From NCBI RefSeq assembly GCF_018977255.1, contig NW_024704743.1, forward strand, positions 106,704,001-106,768,000: 64,000 nt of DNA, read 5' to 3'. Each line of letters starts with the position of its first letter. Within the stretch, counting starts at the first letter, position 1. The notes beneath the pieces were generated by a model that made no database searches, was not told where the DNA came from, and was given only the letters and a program-made list of their open reading frames with translations. This document shows positions 13,693-25,717 of the stretch, one piece after another. Source of the DNA: Callorhinchus milii (taxonomy: Eukaryota). The translations under genes and the position numbers were made by a program.

Positions 13693-15044
13693 CAGCACTG
13701 GCTTATTTCAGGTTCATTACCCTGTATTCAGATTTTAAACCAATAGTCATTATGATCAAAGAGATTACCTTTAGCAATGATAGCTTTATCAATGATATAC
13801 AATAAACCCAAAACAAAAAGCTAAAGTATTCAGAAACCAATGAATTTTATAAACTGAATGAGAAGCTTAGTATTATTTCAGACCATGTACAGGACTAAAA
13901 ATGTGTTGCTTAATAGTTAAGAAAATTATGCCACTCCACTGACCATAAAATGAGCCATATCTAAGAGGCTGTAAATGGAAGCACTAATTGTACTTTGCTA
14001 CTATGCTGACGTGCAGTCTTAAAATGCCTCCAATATAATTTAGAAACTAGGATTAATGAAAAGAATTATATGCTAGCCTTTACAAAAATAATATTCCACC
14101 CACCTGACCTTCATATATTACAGCATTAACACACAAAATAAAATTATTACTAATACTGTAGTATAAGCATGTTTATACAGAAAAATTAGATTGACAGATA
14201 ATTCTGCATCTTTATAGCTGAAAACACTCGTATTCAGATGTGAACACGTACGTAGTGTGTAAGAATAGAAAGTTTTAGTTTCTGTACAAATAAAACATGT
14301 TGCGTTGATCTGGATCACACACTGCAACTTTTCTTGCATTAGTTCTTGCATTTTGCTTTTAACACTTTTCGCATTCACCAACAGTAATATATTTTCAGAT
14401 AAAAACGTCTCGTGCTCCTGATCGTAAAATGAGCAAGACATATGCATCATCATCAGGTACAGTATTCAGTTGTCTTGTACTGAAACAATAATAAAAATAA
14501 CTTGCATTTGACCTAGCGCCTTTTCACCATGAAACATCTCAAGGGGTTTCACAAGTATTTTCTGTCAAGTGTAGTGACTGTGTATTTTTTAGGTGGGCCC
14601 AGCGGCCATTTTGCGCACAGCAATGTCCCACAAACAGCCGTGAAGTGAATCATTAATTTTATTTGGGGGGATCATTGCCCAGTCCAGAAACTCCTTTCTC
14701 CTTTTGAACAATGCCATTGAGTATCAGTTTTATAAGATTAAAGTCTTGATGTGTGGCTTCTACCCACATCCTTCCGAATCCGTGGTATAGTAAATTCCTT
14801 CAACACCCCCCCACCCACCCCTTTCAGATATATGCAAGTCTTATCATTTATTATTGCCCAATGAGAACATGCTAAATATGCAACAGTTTTCTAAACAAAC
14901 TTTGCTGTTTAACAATACACCATAGTAAAATATCACAGTAAGTTCATTCAACAGTTTTTTTCACAATTTAACACAAAATGTAAGAGAAAAAACACTAGAT
15001 AAAATGTTACAGGAAAAGTTCAAAGATGACTGATTTAGTGAGTC

Positions 15045-15054
15045 TTTATTTATT
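15045..15054 (-). promoter_or_regulatory. Candidate proximal polyadenylation signal (overlapping AATAAATAAA)
   Basis: TTTATTTATT on the plus strand, about 620 nt after the stop codon, followed on the transcript strand by U-rich sequence. Confidence 0.4.
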
Positions 15055-15675
15055 CACACCAAGTTATGGGTAACCACTGTGGGGTTCCGCAAAAGAAGGA
15101 AGTAATCCCTCCTGGTGGTTACTTTTAATTGCTATTCTTGCAAAGAAAACATTATTAAAAAAATTCCAGTATTTTTTAAACAGTACAGTGAATGCTACAC
15201 ATAGAGTTCAAAGAAACAAAAATTCTAGGTCTTAAGAAACAGTACCTCAGCTTAACAAGGGAACAGACTGGAAACTCAACTTACAGTATATAATTAAGTT
15301 ACGCTTTTTATGAAAACCATTCACAATGATCCGCAAGGTAAAACTAAAGTCTGCACAAAAACAAACTACACTGTATTCCAAACATTGTAAGGTTAGTGTT
15401 GGTTGTTAGGTCTAATATTCCTCATTGCAACAATGGAAAATCCCACTGTTAGCGAGCATCATCAAAGTTCCTGCACTTGGTGACAAGAAAAGCTTCTCAT
15501 CCTTGATTTTCTTGGCAAACAAAGTTATCTATACCCAGCACTGGAGCCTTTTATCCTCACACCCAAAATTCAGCATTATTAATTTTCCAAGAGGAATACA
15601 GGCTAATGGTTAATCCGTACCAATTATGAACACACAGTTATTTGCTTTTATGTTGAAGCATTAGTTAAGATCCCT

Positions 15676-15950
15676 TTATCGTGTTTTCATGGATTTCAAA
15701 TCTGGTAATTTATCAAGCAATTCTTTGTGAGGCATGCCAATGCTAGCAAGAAGTCCATCTTCACTCAACTCTGTATTGGAATAATTAATAGTGTTTCCTT
15801 TGAGAGTAGTTATTTGGCCACCAAGTGCTTCCAAGAGTGCATTGCCAGCACAGATATCCCATTTCTTGATATCAGTTACATGCAGATATACATCAGCATG
15901 GTCAGGCTGTTTATCATCAGGTATATCCAGCAGAGACAGAACTTTATATC
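15676..15950 (-). CDS. BPNT2: BPNT2/IMPAD1 coding exon 5 (275 nt to TAA stop)
   Basis: Acceptor TCTTTTGTAG|. Translates (G)[90 protein letters not shown], with the family WD motif (KKWDICAG). The five exons sum to 1044 nt in one frame. Confidence 0.97.
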
Positions 15951-17065
15951 CTACAAAAGATACAACAGGTTACCAATGTTCCTCAATGCAAAAGGCAGAA
16001 GGAGTTCAAAATTATCTACACAAAAGCACAGAAGGCAACATTTCTCAAAAGTCTGGATTTCCCTTCTATTCTGTCGGTATTCAGTATTTGTCCAGTACGA
16101 TATCCTGATTTTCAAATTCTGGATCATACATATTGATATTAGATGGTGTAGTAGATAAACATTGGCCTTTCAGTTATAGACAAGAGCTGCAATTTACAGA
16201 CCAGAAGCTCCCTCATTTGAAACATGGTCTCAGCCAGTCTTTCGAGGGTTAGGGAAGAGTAAACCAGCCAGGGTTCCACTTCTGATCGATCTACAACATT
16301 CTGTAGTAGTTGTTCGCCTTATGTGGCAAACATGTGGGGAGGAGGTCTTGCTCGGCAGTGAGACGCTCTATCATGGAGTGGCCTGATGACACTCACTGTG
16401 AAGGCACATGCGTGAACAACAGCCACTTAGGGTGGAGTAGAAGGGTTAACCAACATCCAAGGAATCACACCTCAGCAAGAGGAGGTCAGACCAGTAGCAG
16501 AGAGAAATAATGGGGGGAAAAAAATAATTGAGACATTAAATTTATAGATTTTAAAAAAAATGTCAAGGGAGGGGGATAAAATGTCATAATGTGATCAATG
16601 ATGCAATAACTCACGTGTTATACTGATAGGAGGCTACATCTTATTGCACCATTGGCTGTTATTGGTGACGGATACATAATGCCAGTGGTTTGCCTTAAAT
16701 TATAATTGTGCTATTTTATGCTTTTTGGTTACTTTCAATAATGTACAAGCAGTTGAAAAAAAATGTGGAGCAACTAATCTAAGTCTTATACGAATCATCT
16801 TCTCTGGTCACCCAATGAAACAGATTTATTGAACGTGACAGCTGCTTTAATTACTAACCTCCCAATATACAAATCACCACTTTTATTATCATGTTCAGGT
16901 CAATGAAATTTAATCACATGACTAATCCATGCTTGTCTAAACTAGACATAAAACAAAATGTATTATTGTATAATAGTTGGAAGTTCTAGATTATTTTCCT
17001 GAATTGCAATGAGGCAGATATAATAATCAAGAAAAGATAATTCTGCATTTTACACTCAACCTTAC

Positions 17066-17227
17066 CTGCTCCTCCAGCTTCAATGATGTCACTGTCATTC
17101 CCAAACACCTTCTGGGCAAATGCTTTCCCTGTACCTGTATGTGACCGAGAGATTATAACTTTGGGGTTCTTCTTATTGTAGGATTTGCGGACACTCACAT
17201 TTGATCCTCCATGGACCATTGCCCATG
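17066..17227 (-). CDS. BPNT2: BPNT2/IMPAD1 coding exon 4 (162 nt)
   Basis: Acceptor TTTTCTTTCCCCAATGTTACAG|. Translates (A)WAMVHGGSNVSVRKSYNKKNPKVIISRSHTGTGKAFAQKVFGNDSDIIEAGGA(G). Donor G|GTAAGG. Confidence 0.97.
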
Positions 17228-18253
17228 CTGTAACATTGGGGAAAGAAAATCACCGTTAAGACTAGACATTTATTGTTCAATTGTGGGCAATTAAACAGTG
17301 AAATAGGGAGTAGGTAGGGAGGCGGGAGGCAGAGTAAAGTGGAATTGGTTAAGAATCCCTTCAAAGATTTAGAGAGCTGAGAGTCAAACAAAATGCTGCA
17401 CAGGTACCAGGAAATGCAATACCATAATGTGCAGGAGCATATTGTAGATAATCACTCCCTTGTCTCATAAAGAAAAAAATCCCACTGCTACATTTAACCT
17501 CCCTTTAATTGTGGCATTTGAAGGGCATTAGCAGCAGAGACTCCCAATAAAAAGCTTCAATAATTAGATTTCACTTGGTTATCAGTTTCTTTCAAATCGA
17601 CATATGTTGATTCTTTCAAGATGACTTCAGTGAGTTCAGAATAAACATTGTCGATTAGCCTTCTCTCTTCCTGGGAGGGAAACTAGTTTAAATGGGAAGG
17701 GGAAAGGGTACTGTTTGAACAGAAAATTTAGTAGTGATCAAAACTTTCTTTCCCCGTAAAGCCTGTTAATGCATTTGTGGAAATGATTGACTGCATTCTG
17801 ATTGAACACAACTTAATTTTTTTTCCTATATACAATAAACCAACATCCATTACTCCATCTGCCCAGTGTAACTGTTTAATCAGTATGTGAGCCACTAAGC
17901 ACAACTGTACCCAATTATATGTTACAATGTGAAGTGCAGTATTATATATATTAATTCCAGTAAGGACCAGATCAAGTCTGTGCCTGTTCTGCTGGATACC
18001 TTCCAACGCTTTCACTCCTATAATACTCATCCTTTATCAGAGATTGTGGGTTGTTGCCTGATGTAAACATGATATCTCTAACAGAAGCCATGACAGAAGG
18101 AAAAGAACAGGATATGGAGTACCCAAAGCTGATCGAAAGGAATGATGTGACTAAAGACGGGAGAAAGAAAAATAGAGGGAGTAAAAAAGGGAGAAGACTG
18201 AAATATGTACATTAATTTTGACAGACTGAATTATTTATGTTTTTCTTGCATAC

Positions 18254-18349
18254 CTGTAAAGTCAGCAAATGGTTTATGAATTACTCCAATCACTGGTTTT
18301 CCATTCACAGCAACACACACCATAGTTGTGACGTAATATAGAAGCTTTT
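18254..18349 (-). CDS. BPNT2: BPNT2/IMPAD1 coding exon 3 (96 nt)
   Basis: Acceptor CTCTTATTTAG|. Translates (E)[31 protein letters not shown](A). Donor G|GTATGC. Read by hand because it is too short for the ORF track; the frame joins exons 2 and 4. Confidence 0.96.
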
Positions 18350-19500
18350 CTAAATAAGAGGTAAATAAAAAAACACAATGTAGTGTAATGTTATTCATAT
18401 GGGTTGAAAAAGAGCTTCAACAGCAAAGCATAAATGGTGCCTTGAATCTTGGAACATAAAGTGCACCTCCAGGAAGGAACCCCCACATATGATACACCAA
18501 GGCCAGATCAGGTCACAGTAGCGTTCCTGCAAGATTGCGAAGCATGGAACTCTGGTCTGTACACTTTTAAGCTTGGTATTGGGTTTCTGCACATGTCAGC
18601 CCCCCAGCTGACCTCTTAAACTAATAGCTTGCAAATCTTAAGGGAAGAATGTAATAAATTTAATGTACAAGTGAAGTAGATAACATTTGACGGAGAACTG
18701 CTGAATCCTCGACAGAGATCCTAGGGTTTTAGTCAGCACAGCAACCTCTATTATGCTATCAAATAAGTTATTGTATCTGTAGCATATATAATACAATATG
18801 AGGGTAATTAACAACTAGGCTACGAAGGGTGATTGAGGCCAGGACAATGGATTCATTTAAACAGCAGTTTGATACTGTTATGGGGGGAGGGGGGGGAGAA
18901 ACAATAGGATGGGTGTTCTGGAAGAATGTCTTGTGAATTGTGAAATAGCATTTTACTTTATGTGTAATTTCTTATCCTTTTGCTGAGTTTGGTGTCCTAT
19001 GTGATTGTGTTTTATAGTTTCTGCAAGAACTGGAGTGAAACGATGTACAAGGCAATTACTAAAGTGGGAAACGGATAAGAAGCAGAGCTTCAATAGACTC
19101 AGAAACAAAGTATGTCTCAGTGATTAGAGGTGTTTAGATGATAGAGGGCTTTTTATTTTAGATGTTTGGGGGAAAACAAATTCAGATTTGAGGAATAGAA
19201 CTGAATCCAGATTTTTTTTAACCTTTGTTTTAATGTAGCTCATGGCACAAATAACCCTCTTTAGTTTGGTAACTGCTTGAATTAGCTGCTGCTGTTCCCG
19301 TCCGCAATGTGCAATATCGCTGCACACCAGCCCGTACTAATAGTGCACAAGCCTCCTTTACTGGCCCTGATCCTGCCCATCTTACATCAGCTGTCGATAA
19401 CCTGTGTTTGTTTGTTTGTGGGTGCACGTGTGAGTATGCGAATATTTGAGTGTGCATGTGTGAATGTTTGAGTGGATCTGTGAATGTGTTCAGCTAGCTG

Positions 19501-19825
19501 TGCGTCCTGTAGCTCAGTGGTTAGAGCACTCGCTTTGCAAGCGAGAGACCTGAGTTCAATTCCAGGCAGGGCGAAACCTTGGGCAAGTTTCCTTACTCCA
19601 CACAGAGCCTAATAATAATCCCTCCAACAAGAACAAAACAATAATAAATTGGTCATTTTCAATCCATGACTGTTTGTGGGACATTGCTGTGCGCAATTGG
19701 CTACCGCGTTCGCTCACAAATATACAGTCAATTCACTTTACAGTGTGTTCTGTGAAGCGCTTTGGGACGTCCTCCAGACGTGAAAAGCACTATATCAAAT
19801 GCAAGGATTATTATTATTATTATTA
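19501..19825 (+). mobile_element. Full-length tRNA-Ala-derived Deu-domain SINE (short subfamily)
   Basis: Pol III A box TAGCTCAGTGG (19510-19520), anticodon arm CTCGC-TTTGCAA-GCGAG (anticodon TGC), B box GTTCAATTCC (19554-19563), Deu-like core TGTTTGTGGGACATTGCTGTGCGCAATTGGCT, L2-like tail and (TTA)n. Confidence 0.93.
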
Positions 19826-20110
19826 AGAGTCACAGCAGTTTGCAATGGACTCTATCCTGTATTGCGTGCCATTAATGAAGCCAGGTAGAGGGAATACAAT
19901 GACAATCATGTGTTATTTTCCCAAAAGAATTGTTCAAAAGTATCAGGTTATTCATCATGTCCTTCAGCATGTCAGTATTTATTAAGTAAGCACCCTCTCT
20001 TTGTGCAAAAATAAAGTTAAAGGAATGTTGTGTATTTTTTTCTTTCCCAAATTGCTTGAAAATTTTCCTTGTGGCAGAAAAGACCAAAGGCAAACCATAC
20101 GTCTGTCTAC

Positions 20111-20273
20111 CTGTGTATTCCTGGGTAGCATCAAGTGGATCAATCCAGACTGTGATGCTGTCAGAGGAAACTTCTTCTGATGTGGGAGTTTTCTCCAGGA
20201 TCTCCTTTGGAATGACACGATCCCATATGGCATCCTCCTTGACAAAGCCCACATCTTGTTCTTCAGAAAACAC
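20111..20273 (-). CDS. BPNT2: BPNT2/IMPAD1 coding exon 2 (163 nt)
   Basis: Acceptor ACTAG|GTG. Translates [54 protein letters not shown], with the metal-binding EE and DPLDAT motifs of the inositol monophosphatase/FIG family. Donor G|GTAGAC, phase 1. Confidence 0.97.
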
Positions 20274-20334
20274 CTAGTGTTAAATCACAGTAAGTACCAT
20301 CAGGTTGCTTTGCAGTGTAATCTCAAATAAAAAT

Positions 20335-20684
20335 TAATTCTTGCATTTGATATAGTGCCTTATCATGTTTTCAAGACGTCTCAAAGCACTTCACAGGATA
20401 TACTGTAAAGTGAATTGACTGCATATTTTGTGGGCGAAATGCAGCAGCCAATATCGCACAACAGTGTCCCACAAACAGTCGTGGATAATGACCAATTTTT
20501 TTTAGGGAATTATTATTCCCGGAAAAGCGATCTGACAATTAACTAACAACTGGGTATCTACTTACTGCTAATTAAACAGGCGTGTGGAGTAAAGAAACTT
20601 GCCCAACCTTTCGCCCTGCCGGAAATCAGACCCAGGTCTCTCGCTTGCGAGGCGAGTGCTCTAATCCCTGAGCTACAGGACTCC
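20335..20684 (-). mobile_element. tRNA Deu-SINE (long subfamily with about 50 bp extra middle segment)
   Basis: Same head, core and tail, plus the internal CCCGGAAAAGCGATCTG...ACTTACTGCTA segment. Confidence 0.88.
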
Positions 20685-21047
20685 GAATGACATGACGATA
20701 TTAATTCAGAGGAGCATGGTATTCTACAGCATGACGTGCAACAAGAAACACATTTTGTATCCATCAGCTTGTACTGCAAATTACATGATGCAGCATAGCT
20801 GACAACAATAAAACTTGCTATAAGCAAAAACACTCTCCTACAAAAAAANCTGTGAATCCTGAGAAATGCTTTGCGACATCTTCCTAACATGAAAGTCGCT
20901 CTATCAAATGCAGGGAAGTTGTTAACTGTCCAGCTTCTTTTAAGGGAGTTGCTCAAAATATTAATCTTTGCATTTGACATAACTCCTTTTCACATTGTAA
21001 TAACGTCTCAAAGCACTTCACAGAATTTACTGTAAAGTGACTGTATT

Positions 21048-21369
21048 TAATAATAACAATAATAATCCTTGCATTTGATATAGCGCATTTCACGTCGGGA
21101 GGACGTCCCAAAGCGCTTCACAGAACACACTGTAAAGTGAATTGACTGTATATTTGTGGGCGAACGCGGCAGCCAATTGTGCACAGCAATGTCCCACAAA
21201 CAGTCGTAGATGGAAAATGAACAATTTATTATTGTTTCGGGTTTTGGAGGGATTATTATTAGGTGTGTGGAGTAAGGAAACTTGCCCAAGGTTTCGCCCT
21301 GCCTGGAATTGAACTCAGGTCTCTCGCTTGCAAAGCGAGTGCTCTAACCACTGAGCTACAGGACTCCAC
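21048..21369 (-). mobile_element. Full-length tRNA-Ala Deu-SINE (short subfamily)
   Basis: Near-identical reverse complement of 19501-19825. Confidence 0.93.
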
Positions 21370-23439
21370 TGTAGGATGTATTATACACCCTACTCAGATG
21401 GACTTTAAAAGTTCCCATGCCACTACTTGAAAAGAGAAGTCAATTTCTCCTGCCTATCAATTCTATCCCCCACCTCCCAAAAAAGAAAAAGAGCCATTGG
21501 TTTCATGACTGATTGTGGGGCATGGGTGTGCAATTGGGCTGTTAGGTTTGCCTACAAATACAGTTAATTCACAGTAAATCCTATGAAGCACTTTGGGACA
21601 TACTCCTGATGTGAAAGGCACTTTACCAAATACAAGGATTATTACTAAAAATGTGGCTGTTCAAAATTTTCAAGAGGGGAGGCGGGGAGGGGCTGACCAT
21701 TACCCTGTTGAATTATTGGGATTCACCATATAATAAGCACAACAAATACCTTGTGTAGCATTTCTGGGGATTAACCAAAGAATGATGGCAGTAGCACTGA
21801 ATGGGTGGAAATGTTTAGAAAGTGAAGCTGTATTCACAAACTGCTTAAATTGCACAATTATATGAAACTGGGGCTTTGCTTGTTTTGAAGTGTCCGTTTC
21901 CATTGTCCCTGGAACTGACTGAGATCCCAAAGAGTAAAAAAGCTCGTTTGGGGAGGAAGGGAGGGAGTGATTGGAAAAAAGAAAGTAATCAAACACAGTG
22001 CAACTTTCTACAGCTCCTCAGAGCGATTTTGGGGCCAGGTGTTTAAACATTTTTTTGTTGAAGCACTTCAAAGAGAATAATAATACTTGCATTTTCACGT
22101 TGGAAGGGCACCTCAAAGCACTTTGCAGGATTTACTGTAAAGTGAAGTGACTGTGTGTCTGTAGGCAAAAGCAGCAACCTTGTGCCAGAAACACAGTCAA
22201 AATGCAAATGGCCAGTTTTATCTGGTGGATTATTGGTCTGAAACCCTGGAATAAACTCCATTCTCTTTTCGAATAGTGTTGTAGGTTCTTTAGCATCTGT
22301 CTGAACTGGTAATAGTTTTGGGTTTACAGTTTTATACAAAGGATGACACCTCCAACAATTCTGTTGCTCCCCCAGTGCTGTATTGGAATGTCAATCTCGA
22401 ATGCATAGTCAAAATACTGCTATTGAGTTTGAAGCTATAATCTTTGACGTTTACAAAAAAAGCATTGGAGGTCTTAAGGTGATTAATTACAGCACTATTT
22501 CCAAAAATATGCTTACCTGCAACCAAAATATTAATAAAAGCAGAAATGCTGACGCTTTTTACCCAAGAATAGCAAAATAATGTATCTAAAAGGAGTAGAA
22601 AAATGAAAACCTTGTAAAGGTTCCATTATCCCCAAACCAAAGCTTTAAGGCAGTCTGCTAGATCAGATGACATATTAACATTCAGCAATATTGTTTGTGC
22701 GAATGTCAACCAGTGCCCTGTGTAACGGCAAAACAACATTCTGAATGAAATTAAACGTTCCTAAACTGTGCGGAGGAGAACAAAATACAAATCAATTGAA
22801 ACAGACATATTATTATCCCTTTTAAACCCCAATGAAACAAAATAAGGATATAACAATGGACAGGGACACACTGAAAATAACATATTCTGTTTCTAGCGAG
22901 GGTTTCCTTTGGCTCCTTATTCTCCATCCGTCTCCACCATCTTTCCACCTGCTCCACCTCCGTCACCCTGAAAACGCTTTCGTCCACCTTTCAACTCCCC
23001 AGCTCAAGCTCCCAGACAACTGTGTAAAGCACTTTAAGCCATCTTCACCACATGTAAATTGTAATTGAAAATTGTAATTGTTCTGACTGACAGGAATGCT
23101 AACTCGAACATTGCTACCTCAAAGTGTTCCAACACTACAACATGATAAACATACACAAATGCAGCTTCGTAGACATTCCTATGAAATAACCTAAAATATT
23201 CTTCTTCCTCCAAGAATTGCATTTTAAAGTACTGTATTTCAGAATTTTGGGACCACATTTGGACTTGGGTATTCTATCCCGAACAACATTAATTCACCAA
23301 TCCTGACTAATGGTTAAAGTATCACAGTACCTGGTTAGTTTAGTTGTTCGCTTTCCTAAAAACAAAATCAGACACATGTATTTCTCTTTTTATCTCTGTC
23401 AAATTTGCATTCAAGTTTGAAGATTACTGTTCCTGGGAA

Positions 23440-23765
23440 CACAGTGTTTTAACAAGCACTCCCTGATAGAGTACAGCACAGTGACGGAAAAGACAACCTT
23501 CTGCTTCTCCACCCAATTTCCAAAAGAGCAATCTCTCCTGCTCAAGTATTTTCTGATTCCCAACCAACCATTCTATAAGACCTGAGTGAATTGCCAATTT
23601 AGTGCCCCATTATGGGCAGTTTTGTGCTGAGAGCGAATTTCCACTGGGAATGGAAGCTGAGTTCATTTCACATATAGAACCCTTATAACTAGACAGCAGA
23701 CAGCCTGGATTCACAATCAGAACCCAGAAATCAAAGCTTGGGAGTGAGTTCAGTTAACTACTTCT
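23440..23765 (-). mobile_element. LF-SINE-like ancient retroposon copy in BPNT2 intron 1
   Basis: The minus strand reads CTGGGTTC...GAATCCAG, CTATATGTGAAATGA, CTCAG...TTCCCAGTGGA, CACAAAAC...GGCACTAAATTGGCA and TGCTGTAC, colinear with blocks I recall from the LF-SINE consensus. Confidence 0.6.
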
Positions 23766-23780
23766 CTTGAATCGAGAGCA

Positions 23781-23908
23781 TTAAGAGTCTGTTGAAAAGA
23801 GGTAGATTGAATCTTCTGTATGATGCTCCAATGCCTAGCACTGCGATGCTGAGCACTGGAGCATCAAATAGAAGATTTGATCTCCTACCAGACAGTCATG
23901 AATCTTAA
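23781..23908. repeat. Imperfect long hairpin / palindromic element
   Basis: 23800-23840 pairs with 23847-23886 around the loop CTGCGA; the outer TTAAGA/TCTTAA and GTCTG/CAGAC extend it. Confidence 0.85.
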
Positions 23909-24344
23909 CTGCATTTAACAAGTATCCAGTAAACCTAAGCGCCCTATAATTGTGAAGAGGAAGAAAAATGTGAGCTGGTTAGGAGCAGGGCAGACTAGTA
24001 CATTGCCTACTGCCCAGTCAAACCAGCATTGGCAGTGACCCAGGAGAATGCTGTAAGATAAAAAGTTTTTTCAAAAATGAAGTTATGTTCAACTTTTAGA
24101 CACATGAAAGCAAACAGAACAAACAGAATGTGACCACTTACAAACCACTGCATTGAATAGAGAATGGATGGGTTTGAAGTGGCAAAAAAAATCAATCTCC
24201 ATTCAAGACCTAAGAGCGCACTCCACATTATTGGTCCGCGTCACACAGCTAAACCAGGGTAAGGGTTAGAGTTACAGAATGAAGTAACAATCTCTTTAAT
24301 ACAAAAGTGGGAATGACAACTCCTGAAAAACAATTCATCCTGAC

Positions 24345-24670
24345 CAGATGGGATTTATCTGCGATGGAGGGCAGGGAAGGTAGGAGGGTGGCCGAAGACT
24401 CGGTCAAAGAGGAGGGTTTTGAGACATGCCTTGAAGGAGGCAAGGGAGGGAGTGAGGCAAAGGAAATGTGGGATGGAGTTCTATAGGGTGGGGATAGAAA
24501 GGCTGAAGGCTCGACCGCCGATGGTGGGGCGGGGCACGTGGAGCAGGCCACAGTCTGCTGAGAAGTGGGAGCGGACAGGTTGATATGGGGTTGCAAGGGA
24601 GGAGCAAAGCCCTGAAGGGCCTTGAAGGTGAGGATGAGGATTTTGAACTCTATCCTCTGGGGGATGGCAT
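24345..24670 (-). mobile_element. L2-clade 3' fragment
   Basis: Matches the ORF2 C-terminal and 3' UTR region of the other L2 copies ([16 protein letters not shown]). Confidence 0.85.
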
Positions 24671-25717
24671 ATATAGATGCACGTTCTGTCTACGTAAATC
24701 AAACCTGCTGGAGTTTTCTTTGCATACCAGGCCTTTTACTGAGCAGTGTGGTGTTCTATTGTACAGAAGCCACTTTGTTGCTTTGTCTCTCAATTTTCCA
24801 TTTACAGTAATGGAAACCTTCAAGCTTTAAATACAAGGGAGACCAAATTACTGGGAAGTGCAGTTCCTTGAATGACATGTTCAAACTGAGGTTCAGTCTG
24901 CCTATTCAAATGGATATTAATAGATCTCATGGCGTTATTTAAAAAGAGAAGGGAGTTTCTCAAGGTCTCCAGGCCAACAATCCCCCAAATAAAATTGGTC
25001 ACTCACTTCATGGCTGTTTGTTCAGGACGTTGCTGTGTACTAGTTGGCTGCTGTGTTCACCTACCAGTCAGCTAGGTAGTGATAACCATCTTCTCAACTA
25101 ATCTTAACTTCAGAGCTATTATCATACAGCCACATTCAGTGAGCAGCCACATACTAAAGTCCTCTTCGCTTCATAATCCAGACTAAAATATTGATTTGAT
25201 TTAATGCAGTTAAATGTACTTGCATTTAATATAGCGTCTTATCAAATCAATGGTCTCAAAACACTTAATAAGAGTTCTTTTCAAGAGTAGTGAATGTTAC
25301 ATGTATTTAGATTGCTTTCATAAGTAAATCCATTAGATCAGATTTTGCTGGTCAGCTAACATTAAATCAAGAGAATTGTGTGTACTCGGCAGTAAGCTTA
25401 AACATCGTCCCCAGAGAAATGGTATTGAAGTTAGCTGAGCGTGGGGTTGTTTGTGCAAAACATATCTTATTGAAAAACATGTTTACAACAAATCTTCAAT
25501 CTATTTGTCAGGGAGACAGGAACCGTCTTTGTAGTTGCAGTCATTTGTTTACCCAACCGAACATCACAATCAGTGACTATGAATGAATTTAGGTTGTATT
25601 TGAGGGTTTAATTCCACTTCTTAATCCTTGCTGGTCTCACCTTGTAGAGGCACACCTATCTCCCACAATACATTTGGATTGGAAGGTATGATATTTGTAG
25701 AATCCTCAATGAAGGCC

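Larger units (their letters stand above)
9780..15675 (-). other. Probable long 3' UTR of BPNT2 (distal end uncertain)
   Basis: AT-rich sequence that is U-rich on the transcript strand, with several AATAAA (plus-strand TTTATT at about 9972, 10262, 10579, 10832, 10980). Mammalian BPNT2 has a multi-kb 3' UTR. The extent is inference. Confidence 0.4.

Noticed and set aside
19501..19572. Apparent tRNA-Ala(TGC) gene
   Set aside because: It is the head of a multi-copy SINE that continues into a Deu core and L2-type tail; the same applies to the other copies.
20274..20295. U12-type intron 1 suggested by TTTAAC close to the acceptor and no pyrimidine tract
   Set aside because: The donor is GTGAGG, not the U12 GTATCCT consensus.
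20849..20849. Single N bases here and at 60108
   Set aside because: Assembly ambiguities next to homopolymer runs, not biological features.
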